In this document: positions 29,660 through 38,292 of the stretch, in pieces
Layout of the letters: every line of letters starts with the position of its first letter
Position numbering within the stretch: position 1 is the stretch's first letter
Assembly (NCBI GenBank): GCA_022842945.1
Contig: JALHOO010000001.1
Span: forward strand, 93,830 to 157,829
Direction: 5' to 3'
DNA: 64,000 nucleotides
Origin: Minisyncoccota bacterium
Lineage (GTDB): Bacteria > Patescibacteriota > Minisyncoccia > Phycocordibacterales > Phycocordibacteraceae
The notes under the pieces: model-generated
The model's database searches: none
Seen by the model: the letters and a program-made list of their open reading frames with translations, nothing else
What the model was told of the DNA's origin: nothing
Position numbers and translations under genes: made by a program

Positions 29660-30961
29660 TTGAACTCTACTCACATGGCAACCTCAAAGAAGCCAGCCAA
29701 GAAGGCTGTTGTTAAAAAAGCAGTGAAGAAGGCCGCCCCAAAGAAGGTGGTTAAAAAGGCTGTGAAGAAAGTCGCAAAGAAAGCCGCACCTAAGAAGGTG
29801 GTGAAGAAAGTGGCTGCCGCTAAGAAGCCTGCAAAGAAGGTGCTTCTTAAGAACATTGTGCGTGTTGCGGCAACGGGTGCTAAGGCGAAAGCTGCTGCAC
29901 AGAAGATGGACAAGGGCGACATGCTCATCCAGAAGGGAAAGGAGCGCGGATACATCACCTACTCTGAGATCCTTAAGGAGTTCCCGCATGTTGAGGACGA
30001 CATCATGTTCCTCGACGAGCTCTACGAGAAGTTCACCACCGCAGGCATCGACATTCTTGAGGGGGGTATGCTCGCAGACGATACGGACCAGTACCTGGCC
30101 ACCCGCAACATAAAGAGTCGTGACTCTGGTGCATACGACTCCATCCAGATCTACCTTCGCGAGATTGGACAGTACCCGCTTCTAACAGCGTCTGAAGAGC
30201 GCGAGCTCGCCCAGCGCATTGAGCGCGGGGACGACGAAGCGCGCAACATTCTTGCTCGCTCGAACCTTCGTCTCGTTGTGTCTATTGCAAAGAAGTACGT
30301 AGGACGCTCTCCGGACCTAACCCTCCTCGACCTTATCCAGGAAGGAAACCTTGGTCTCTTCAAGGCCGTAGACAAGTTCGACTGGAACAAGGGATTTAAG
30401 TTCTCAACCTACGCTACGTGGTGGATTCGCCAGGCTATAACCCGCGCGCTCGCAGACCAGTCTCGTACCATCCGCATCCCGGTGCACATGGTTGAAACTA
30501 TCGCGAAGTACAAGCAGGTATCCCGCCGCCTCGCTCAGGTGCTCGGACGCGATCCGCAGCCTGAGGAGATAGCTATTGAGATGGGTGTGGAGGTAGACAA
30601 GATCTACCAGATTGAGAAGATCAATCAGGACACGCTCTCTCTTGAGAATCCTATTGGTTCCGATGACGACCAGAACTCAACGCTCGGCGACTTCATCGCG
30701 GACGACAAGATTCCTTCTCCAATCCAGGAGTCTTCGGAGCGTATTCTTGGAGAGCAGGTGCGCGACATTCTTGAAGACCTCTCTCCAAAGGAGCGCAAGA
30801 TTCTTGAGATGCGCCATGGACTCCTAGACGGTGTGTACCACACGCTTGAAGAGGTTGGGAAGGAGTTTGGGGTTACGCGTGAGCGTATCCGCCAGATTGA
30901 GGCGAAGGCGCTTGAGAAGATCAGGACGCATGAGAAGAGTAGGAGGTTGAAGTCCTATTAA
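29660..30961 (+). CDS. rpoD: RNA polymerase sigma-70 factor with a Lys/Ala-rich (histone H1-like) N-terminal repeat region
   Basis: Regions 1.2-4.2 are present (rpoD box [13 protein letters not shown]). The first ~75 aa are [11 protein letters not shown] repeats. Confidence 0.93.
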   Translation: MNSTHMATSKKPAKKAVVKKAVKKAAPKKVVKKAVKKVAKKAAPKKVVKKVAAAKKPAKKVLLKNIVRVAATGAKAKAAAQKMDKGDMLIQKGKERGYITYSEILKEFPHVEDDIMFLDELYEKFTTAGIDILEGGMLADDTDQYLATRNIKSRDSGAYDSIQIYLREIGQYPLLTASEERELAQRIERGDDEARNILARSNLRLVVSIAKKYVGRSPDLTLLDLIQEGNLGLFKAVDKFDWNKGFKFSTYATWWIRQAITRALADQSRTIRIPVHMVETIAKYKQVSRRLAQVLGRDPQPEEIAIEMGVEVDKIYQIEKINQDTLSLENPIGSDDDQNSTLGDFIADDKIPSPIQESSERILGEQVRDILEDLSPKERKILEMRHGLLDGVYHTLEEVGKEFGVTRERIRQIEAKALEKIRTHEKSRRLKSY

Positions 30962-30962
30962 A

Positions 30963-31436
30963 ATGACAGAGAAGGCAAAGAGTACAAAAGAGCTGGAGAA
31001 GACCGTTGATGACGGTGCTTCGATAACCAGTGATTTGCCTGCCGATAAGACAGTTAATAGGTCTAGCTTTTCAAGTTGGAGTCGTGCGATACCGCCTGCA
31101 GAGCTAAAAAAGCCGGACGTAGCTCGTGCGATAGCGAAGATGCTTCTCATGCTCAATGATGACCTTCAACGTGATCTTGAGAAGGCCCATCCATTTGAGG
31201 CTAAATTCTATGAGGCCGATAAGCGTACAGAAGTGCTCAAGGAGAGAATACGTGGCCTGCAAAAATCGGTCGGTGTAAAGGTACTATTCTCCTCTGCGGG
31301 CTTTGGCCTCGTGGGCTTTTCACCGTTCCTTTGGGACAAATATGTTCCACTATTTATACTGGCCATAGCTTTAGGAATCGTACTCATTGTCGTCGGTTAC
31401 TTCATAAAGGATATAAGTGACAAATTCGAAAAGTAA
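30963..31436 (+). CDS. hypothetical protein with C-terminal double TM helix (157 aa)
   Basis: Soluble charged N-terminal region, then VLFSSAGFGLVGFSPFLW...LFILAIALGIVLIVVGYFI. Confidence 0.5.
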   Translation: MTEKAKSTKELEKTVDDGASITSDLPADKTVNRSSFSSWSRAIPPAELKKPDVARAIAKMLLMLNDDLQRDLEKAHPFEAKFYEADKRTEVLKERIRGLQKSVGVKVLFSSAGFGLVGFSPFLWDKYVPLFILAIALGIVLIVVGYFIKDISDKFEK

Positions 31437-31440
31437 ATCT

Positions 31441-31824
31441 ATGCAGATTGAAATTAAGAAAATTGTAGATAGAGATCTCCTGGAGCAAGAAAGAGCAGTT
31501 CTTGGTGTAGTTTCTGATACTTTCTTAGGAAATTTTGCGATATTCCAAACTCACTCAAACTCATCCGGAACTGTATCAACACAGATAAAAAGAACATATT
31601 GGTTTCCAGATCGGGATGTGAAGGCTGGCGATATAATTGTTATTTATACTAAGTCTGGGAAGAATAAAGTGCGTGACAATGACGATGGTACTCAGTCACA
31701 TTTCTTCTATCTTGGAAAGGATGCGCCAATTTGGAAAGACGATTCCTCAGCACTGGCAATAATTAATATCCTTGAGTGGGACTATAAAACGGCTGATGGA
31801 AAAGGAGGGAGAGAAAAGATTTAG
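31441..31824 (+). CDS. hypothetical protein (127 aa)
   Basis: ATG 4 nt after the upstream stop; low-GC codon usage shared with the island. An alternative GTG start lies at 31417. Confidence 0.45.
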   Translation: MQIEIKKIVDRDLLEQERAVLGVVSDTFLGNFAIFQTHSNSSGTVSTQIKRTYWFPDRDVKAGDIIVIYTKSGKNKVRDNDDGTQSHFFYLGKDAPIWKDDSSALAIINILEWDYKTADGKGGREKI

Positions 31825-31964
31825 ACCACATGGGCTATTTTTAGATTGGTATAAGAAACTTGTTAGTCACCCTTAAATAAGGTGGTCGATCACGCCTGCA
31901 TGGACCTTGCGATCTAACTGAGCAAAATCTAAGCCTTAAATACTGTATATATTCTTACAGTCGG

Positions 31965-31985
31965 GAAGTGGGGTAGAATACTGTG
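31965..31985 (+). promoter_or_regulatory. extended -10-like element (TGgggTAGAAT) upstream of the MmeI-family gene
   Basis: AT-rich 200-nt gap; TGnTAGAAT about 45 nt upstream of the ATG at 32031. Confidence 0.3.
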
Positions 31986-32030
31986 ACAAAGACTTAGTAG
32001 GAATGCTGCCAAAAAGACCCCAAGAAATTT

Positions 32031-34709
32031 ATGATCAATCTAGTAAGCCTACAGGAGGATCTTGAGAATCTCAGTCAGAAATTTTCAAAGCAAACGTTTG
32101 TCTTTGATTTGCTGTCCGTGTATGGACTGCCGAAAAGCACCATCTCTTTACTTTTCAAAAACCCCTCAAAGCTATCGGGAAAGGAAGATCAGATCATTTT
32201 AAAAAACAAGGTGCTTTTTCACATAACCAACTTAGAAGAAGACGAGCACGTCGCTATCGATACTCTACAAAAGGATAAGAACTCATATAAATTCAATCCT
32301 CGATTCATTATCGTTACGGACTTTGCAACATTCTTGGCTGTAGATACAAAAACAAAGGAGACTCTTGATATCCAGATTGGGGATCTCGGCAGACATTACG
32401 CATTTTTCTTGCCGTGGTGTGGCATGGAAAAATCACAGCATGTTAATGAGAACCCTGCTGATATTCGTGCTGCCTACAAAATGGACAAGTTGTATCAGGC
32501 AATTGTTAATGACGATCCAGAATACTATAAGAACAATAGTCACGATTTAAACATATTTCTATCACGGCTTCTTTTCTGTTTCTTCGCCGAAGATACCGGA
32601 ATCTTCCCGAAAGCAGGATTATTCACAAACTCAGTAATTTCTCATACTCATGAAAATGGTGAAGAGTTAGATGCACATTTCTCAACGCTGTTTGATCTGT
32701 TGAACACAAAAGATAGCGACCGGTCAAAGTTTGCATCTCACTTTTTGGAATTCCCATATGTAAATGGGGGTCTTTTTGAAGACAAGATTAAGTTACCTGC
32801 ATTTACTGCTAGTTCACGAAAACTGATTATTGAGTGTGGAAAATTGAATTGGGATTCAATCAATCCTGACATCTTCGGGTCTATGATCCAGGCTGTCGTT
32901 CATCCTGGACAGCGAGAGAATCTCGGAATGCACTACACCTCTGTGCCTAACATAATGAAGGTGATTGAACCGCTCTTTCTTAATGATTTGTACGAAGAAT
33001 TAGAAAGGTCGAAAAATGATCCAAAGAAATTAGAAAATCTTCGTGACAGAGTTTCCAAGATCAAGATATTTGATCCAGCCTGTGGATCAGGTAATTTCCT
33101 CATTATCTCGTACAAGGAGTTATCAAAACTAGAATCAAAAATAGTTGCTTACGCCAAAGCCATTGGGCATGACATGGTGCAGTACTCTGGTGTATCTCTA
33201 AACTCTTTCTACGGAATAGAGATAGATGACTTTGCTCATGAAATTGCCAGACTTTCACTTTGGCTAGCTCAACACCAAATGAACCAGTATTTCGATGGAA
33301 TGTTTGGAATTATGAAAGCAACACTCCCGCTTAAAGAAAGCGGAAAGATTGTTTGTGGTAATGCCACGAGAGTCGATTGGGAGGAGGTCTGTCCTCGTAA
33401 AGATAAGGTTGTAGGAGAACATGAAATATATGTAATTGGTAATCCTCCTTACTACGGGGCAAGAAAGCAAGATGACGAACAGAAAGAAGATATCAATAGA
33501 ATTTTTAAGGGGGTCAAGAATGCGAGCAATCTGGATTATATTTCCTGCTGGTTTCTTCTTGGCAAGAACTATATTCAAGGCACAAAGATCAAGCTGGCTT
33601 TTGTTTCAACAAATTCAATTTGCCAGGGCGAGCAGGTCTCTATTCTATGGCCACTAATTTTAAAAGACCAAATCGAAATAGGTTTCGCGTACCAGTCATT
33701 TAAATGGAAGAACAGTGCCAAGGGTAATGCCGGAGTCACTTGCGTTATTGTTGGATTAAGAGCTGAAGCAAAAAATCATAAATATATTTTTAGTGGTCAA
33801 ATTAAGATTTCAGCCAAAAATATATCACCGTATCTTGTAGATACTGATAATCTTTTTGTGCAAAAAAGAAGTAAACCGCTATCACAGATTCCAGAGATGT
33901 GCTTTGGAAGTATGCCTAATGATGGTGGATATCTTTTGATTGACCAGAATGAGTATGTAGAACTTAAAAGTAATAATCCTACTGTTCTTAGTTTTATAAA
34001 ACGATGCTACGGTGGCCAGGAATTTATCAAGGGAATTGTCAGGTATTGTATTTGGATCAGTGATAAAGAAGTTGACAGTGCTATGAAGATTGAATTTATT
34101 AAAAATAGAGTCGAGCTAGTTCAATCATATCGAAGTAAGAGTGACAGGGAAGCAACTAGAAAATTGTCTGCAAAGCCTTACAAATTTGGTGAGATTAGAC
34201 ACCTTGATACCAATTCAATCATTGTTCCTCGAGTTTCGTCCGAATTGCGTGATTACATTCCTGTAGGTTTTCTGACCAAGAACGATATCATCACTGATTC
34301 TGCCCAGGTTATATATAACGCCGAGCCTTATATTTTTGCTGTACTAAATTCACACATGCACATGACCTGGGTGCGTGCTGTTGGAGGAAAATTGAAGACT
34401 GACTTGAGGTACTCGTCCGCACTTTGTTACAACACCTTCCCATTTCCAGAGATTACCCCAAAGCAAAAGGACTCGCTTGCTACTCATGTCTATAATATTC
34501 TCGAAGAGCGCGAGAAATATCCCAATAAAACGATGGCAGACCTGTATGATCCAGTAAAGATGCCGGATAGCTTGAGGGAAGCTCATAAATATTTAGACCT
34601 CGCCATAGACCAAATATATCGAAACAAACCCTTTGAAAGTGATGAAGATCGGTTGGCTCATTTGTTCAAATTCTACGAAGAGATGATTACTAGAGAAACC
34701 AACGGATAA
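32031..34709 (+). CDS. MmeI-family (Type IIL / ISP-like) N6-adenine DNA methyltransferase with C-terminal target-recognition domain and an N-terminal nuclease-like domain of uncertain activity
   Basis: Motif I FDPACGSGNFLI and motif IV NPPY (VIGNPPYYG). MmeI-family signatures RLLFCFFAEDTGIF, FPYVNGGLF, HYTSVPNIMKVIEPLF, FVSTNSICQGEQVSILWPLIL, RYSSALCYNTFPF and the ADLYDP..MP..L..AH..LD C-terminal helix. Confidence 0.85.
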   Translation: MINLVSLQEDLENLSQKFSKQTFVFDLLSVYGLPKSTISLLFKNPSKLSGKEDQIILKNKVLFHITNLEEDEHVAIDTLQKDKNSYKFNPRFIIVTDFATFLAVDTKTKETLDIQIGDLGRHYAFFLPWCGMEKSQHVNENPADIRAAYKMDKLYQAIVNDDPEYYKNNSHDLNIFLSRLLFCFFAEDTGIFPKAGLFTNSVISHTHENGEELDAHFSTLFDLLNTKDSDRSKFASHFLEFPYVNGGLFEDKIKLPAFTASSRKLIIECGKLNWDSINPDIFGSMIQAVVHPGQRENLGMHYTSVPNIMKVIEPLFLNDLYEELERSKNDPKKLENLRDRVSKIKIFDPACGSGNFLIISYKELSKLESKIVAYAKAIGHDMVQYSGVSLNSFYGIEIDDFAHEIARLSLWLAQHQMNQYFDGMFGIMKATLPLKESGKIVCGNATRVDWEEVCPRKDKVVGEHEIYVIGNPPYYGARKQDDEQKEDINRIFKGVKNASNLDYISCWFLLGKNYIQGTKIKLAFVSTNSICQGEQVSILWPLILKDQIEIGFAYQSFKWKNSAKGNAGVTCVIVGLRAEAKNHKYIFSGQIKISAKNISPYLVDTDNLFVQKRSKPLSQIPEMCFGSMPNDGGYLLIDQNEYVELKSNNPTVLSFIKRCYGGQEFIKGIVRYCIWISDKEVDSAMKIEFIKNRVELVQSYRSKSDREATRKLSAKPYKFGEIRHLDTNSIIVPRVSSELRDYIPVGFLTKNDIITDSAQVIYNAEPYIFAVLNSHMHMTWVRAVGGKLKTDLRYSSALCYNTFPFPEITPKQKDSLATHVYNILEEREKYPNKTMADLYDPVKMPDSLREAHKYLDLAIDQIYRNKPFESDEDRLAHLFKFYEEMITRETNG

Positions 34710-34713
34710 TTTT

Positions 34714-36651
34714 ATGAAAACCATTCAAGTCGCCGAAGCAACATACGAACAGACGGGGCAAAGTACCAAGCTTAACGAGCTTGGTATGCGTGAAATGCAA
34801 GCCAAAGCATTCGAAAAAAAGGGTGCTCAGTACCTACTTTTGAAAGCCCCTCCAGCATCTGGAAAGTCCAGAGCATTGATGTTCCTTGCTTTAGATAAAC
34901 TTGCCAATCAAGGCATCAAAAAAGTCATTGTTGCCGTTCCCGAGAGATCTATCGGTGGATCTTTTAGTGAGACCAATCTAACTGAGAGTGGTTTCTTTGC
35001 AGATTGGAAACCAAATGATGACTACAACCTTTGTACTCCTGGTCTAGATAATGCAAAAGGCAAGGTCGAAGCGTTTAAGAATTTTGTGAATAACGATGAG
35101 AAGATCCTCATCTGCACTCATTCAACGCTTCGCTTCGCATGTGAACAAATTGAAGACTCAAAATTCAATGATATGCTCATTGCGATTGACGAATTCCATC
35201 ATGTGTCTGCTGACAAAGAGAGCAGCATTTTAGGGCGCGTTTTGCACGGAATAATGACTAATTCAAACGCGCATATTATTGCGATGACAGGGTCATACTT
35301 CAGGGGAGATGGTGTTGCTGTTCTGTTGCCACAGGATGAGGCAAAGTTTCAGAAAGTGACATACAACTACTACCAGCAGTTGAATGGCTACACCTATTTA
35401 AAGACCCTAGGTATCGGGTACCATTTTTACCAAGGCAGATACACATCAGCGATTACTGAGGTGTTGGATACAAACAAGAAGACGATTCTACATATTCCGA
35501 ACGTGAACTCCGGGGAGTCCACAAAGGATAAGCTCAATGAAGTCGATCTGATCTTGGATATCATCGGAGAAGTAGATCATCAGGATCATGAGACTGGTGT
35601 TATCTATGTAAGACGTGACGGAGACGGAAAGATGCTTAAGGTCGCAAACCTTGTCGACGATTCAGTCGATCGAGACAAGATATCAAACTACCTCCGTACC
35701 ATGAAAAACGAGGATGATATGGATATCATCATTGCTTTGGGTATGGCAAAAGAAGGTTTTGACTGGCCGTACTGCGAACATGCACTGACTGTCGGCTATC
35801 GAAGCTCTCTCACAGAGATCATCCAGATCATCGGCCGCTGCACCCGTGATAGTGCTAACAAGACTCATGCTCAGTTTACAAACCTCATCGCCCAGCCTGA
35901 CGCAAAGGACGGTGAGGTTAAGGTGTCCGTAAACAACATGCTGAAGGCGATTACCTGCTCTCTACTTATGGAGCAAGTCATGGCCCCGCACTACAACTTC
36001 AAGCCTCGATTCCCCAATGACGACAATTCTTTTACTCCGGGCGAGATTAAAGTAAATGGATTTAAGGCACCAAGCACCGAACGGGTGAGAGAAATCATTG
36101 AATCAGATATCAACGATCTCAAGGCATCTATTCTTCAGGACGACCAAATGATTAAGGCGTTGCCTGGAAATGTTGATCCTGAGGTAATAAACAAGGTGAT
36201 GATCCCAAAGATTATCCAAATGAAGTATCCAGATCTTAGCGATCTTGAGGTTGAGGAAGTCCGCCAGCATGTCGTTGTTGACTCTGTAATTAAGAACGGA
36301 GAAATTAAGATTGTAGGAGACAAGAAGTTTGTCAGAATGGCGGGGCAGTTTGTGAATATCGACGATCTTAATATTGATCTCATTGATAGCATCAACCCCT
36401 TCCAGGAAGCCTTTGAAATACTTTCAAAATCCGTGACAACGGGCATCCTCAAGGTCATTCAGGACACAATCGACTCTTCCCGAATCGAGATGACACCAGA
36501 GGAAGTTAAGATTCTATGGCCTAAGGCAAAAGAGTTTACAATCCAGACAGGTCGGAAGCCTGAAGTTACTTCGTCCGATCCGCTTGAGAAAAGGCTAGCC
36601 GAAGCGGTGCTCTATCTGAAGAAACTCAAGGCCGAGCAAATCCAAAATTAA
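34714..36651 (+). CDS. SF2 DExH-box helicase (restriction Res/HsdR-like ATPase core, no nuclease domain)
   Basis: Motif I APPASGKS, motif II DEFH, motif III TGS, motif VI QIIGRCTR. Located 4 nt after the methyltransferase stop. Confidence 0.8.
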   Translation: MKTIQVAEATYEQTGQSTKLNELGMREMQAKAFEKKGAQYLLLKAPPASGKSRALMFLALDKLANQGIKKVIVAVPERSIGGSFSETNLTESGFFADWKPNDDYNLCTPGLDNAKGKVEAFKNFVNNDEKILICTHSTLRFACEQIEDSKFNDMLIAIDEFHHVSADKESSILGRVLHGIMTNSNAHIIAMTGSYFRGDGVAVLLPQDEAKFQKVTYNYYQQLNGYTYLKTLGIGYHFYQGRYTSAITEVLDTNKKTILHIPNVNSGESTKDKLNEVDLILDIIGEVDHQDHETGVIYVRRDGDGKMLKVANLVDDSVDRDKISNYLRTMKNEDDMDIIIALGMAKEGFDWPYCEHALTVGYRSSLTEIIQIIGRCTRDSANKTHAQFTNLIAQPDAKDGEVKVSVNNMLKAITCSLLMEQVMAPHYNFKPRFPNDDNSFTPGEIKVNGFKAPSTERVREIIESDINDLKASILQDDQMIKALPGNVDPEVINKVMIPKIIQMKYPDLSDLEVEEVRQHVVVDSVIKNGEIKIVGDKKFVRMAGQFVNIDDLNIDLIDSINPFQEAFEILSKSVTTGILKVIQDTIDSSRIEMTPEEVKILWPKAKEFTIQTGRKPEVTSSDPLEKRLAEAVLYLKKLKAEQIQN

Positions 36652-36652
36652 T

Positions 36653-37801
36653 ATGGATAGAAACGATTTACTAGATTTGCTAAATGATGACGACCTAGGA
36701 CTTCTCGATATAGAGAAGAAGTCTGTTTCCGTTACGCCAGATGATCGGCTATCAGAATCATTTATGGAAATAAATGAGTTTTTCTTGGCGCATAATAACG
36801 AACCAAAGAGTGGCGGAGATATCCATGAACACAAGCTTGCATCAAGACTTAAGCACATCAGAGAGAATAAAGAGCAAAGAGACTTCCTCAGTAAATACGA
36901 TACTCATAGTCTATTGAAGACTGATGCAAAGGATCTCGATACCGTAAGTGATATTTTTGCAGACGACGATTTGGATCTCCTTTCGCTTGAGGATAGTTCT
37001 GTTTTTAACATAAAGAACGTTCCAGAAATCAGACAAGATCGCTCCAACCCCGACTTCGTTGCACAGAGAGAGATTTGTACTGATTTCGATAAGTATGAGT
37101 ATCTGTTTGCACAGGTTCAAAGGGACCTAAAGAGCGGAACAAAGAAGCTGGCTAGCTTTGTTGAAAGTGAGATGAAAGAAGGCGACTTTTTTGTACTTAG
37201 TGGAGTGCTCATATATCTCGAAAAAATTGATGATCCATACCGAGGTAACAGTCAAAAAATAAACAGGCGAACTCGTTGTATTTATGAGAACGGGACTGAA
37301 TCAAGCGTGCTTCTTCGATCGCTTGGGAAAAGACTTTCTGATGCAGGGTATGCCATAAAGGGTAATTCAGAGATGGTGGCTATTGAAGATGGAGATTCTG
37401 AGACAGGCTATATCTATGTACTTAAGTCCCTAAGTGAGAATCCAAGGATCGCAACTACTAAAAACCTTTTCAAGATTGGTTTCTCAACTACTCGTGTCGA
37501 AGAGCGTATAAGGAACGCAGAACAGGACCCTACGTATCTAATGGCTCCAGTTTCTATTGTCGCTACTTACCGATGTTTCAACATGAATCCTCAGCGGTTC
37601 GAAAGGCTGATACACCGTTTCTTCAGTGAGTCATGTCTGGATCTTGAAATCACCGACAAGGATGGGAGAAGTTATGTTCCAAAGGAGTGGTTCGTAGCAC
37701 CAATAACGGTAATCGGAAATACCATCGAACTAATCATCAAGGGAGAGATCGTCAATTATTCTTATGACAAAGATACTGAGTCAATTGAAAAGATTAGATA
37801 A
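36653..37801 (+). CDS. protein with an acidic N-terminal tandem motif and a C-terminal T5orf172/GIY-YIG-superfamily nuclease-like domain
   Basis: GYIYVLKS...KIGFSTTRVEERIRN...ERLIHRFF...EWFVAP matches the T5orf172 (MUG113) pattern. DDDLGLLDIEKKSVSV and DDDLDLLSLEDSSVFN repeats. Begins 1 nt after the helicase stop. Confidence 0.7.
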   Translation: MDRNDLLDLLNDDDLGLLDIEKKSVSVTPDDRLSESFMEINEFFLAHNNEPKSGGDIHEHKLASRLKHIRENKEQRDFLSKYDTHSLLKTDAKDLDTVSDIFADDDLDLLSLEDSSVFNIKNVPEIRQDRSNPDFVAQREICTDFDKYEYLFAQVQRDLKSGTKKLASFVESEMKEGDFFVLSGVLIYLEKIDDPYRGNSQKINRRTRCIYENGTESSVLLRSLGKRLSDAGYAIKGNSEMVAIEDGDSETGYIYVLKSLSENPRIATTKNLFKIGFSTTRVEERIRNAEQDPTYLMAPVSIVATYRCFNMNPQRFERLIHRFFSESCLDLEITDKDGRSYVPKEWFVAPITVIGNTIELIIKGEIVNYSYDKDTESIEKIR

Positions 37802-37809
37802 TACTTCTC

Positions 37810-38259
37810 TCAAATAGGATTCACAATTTTATTGAAATGCCTAGACGGCACTGGTGTAACCGAAAGCCTCGACCCTTTTTGTAAAATCATCATCCCTAAA
37901 GAAGCATCGGCACGTATATCCGATAGGGTAACGGGCACATCAAACTTCTTTACGAACGCAATATCAACCAAGTCCCATATTGGCCTTGCTTCAGTTGCAC
38001 GCTTGTCGTAGTAGTCGCTCTTCGGATCAAACTGCGTTGGGTCTGGATACGCTTCCGTAACAACCTTTGCAATCCCATACACTCCAGGAACCTTGCAGTT
38101 GGAATGATAGAAGAGAACCTCGTCGCCAACCCGCATCTCACGCATATAGTTCCTCGCTTGAAAGTTCCGCACGCCATTCCATGACGTCTTTCTATCCTTC
38201 TTTAAATGGTCTATCCCGTAGCTCTCGGGCTCTGACTTCATAAGCCAATACTGCTTCAT
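37810..38259 (-). CDS. EVE (PUA-like/YTH-like) domain protein
   Basis: MKQYWLMKSEPESY...WNGVRNFQARNYMREMRVGDEVLFYHS is the canonical EVE N-terminus. Confidence 0.8.
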   Translation of the reverse strand: MKQYWLMKSEPESYGIDHLKKDRKTSWNGVRNFQARNYMREMRVGDEVLFYHSNCKVPGVYGIAKVVTEAYPDPTQFDPKSDYYDKRATEARPIWDLVDIAFVKKFDVPVTLSDIRADASLGMMILQKGSRLSVTPVPSRHFNKIVNPI

Positions 38260-38292
38260 TAGAAACAGTATATAGGATGCTAATCTTAAGGA

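Larger units (their letters stand above)
30962..37805. other. low-GC genomic island (about 38-46% GC against a ~55% background) carrying a candidate restriction/defence module
   Basis: Abrupt composition shift starting 1 nt after the rpoD stop and ending at the EVE-domain gene. Five same-strand genes separated by 1-4-nt gaps, except one ~200-nt AT-rich gap containing a promoter-like TGGGGTAGAAT. Confidence 0.7.
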
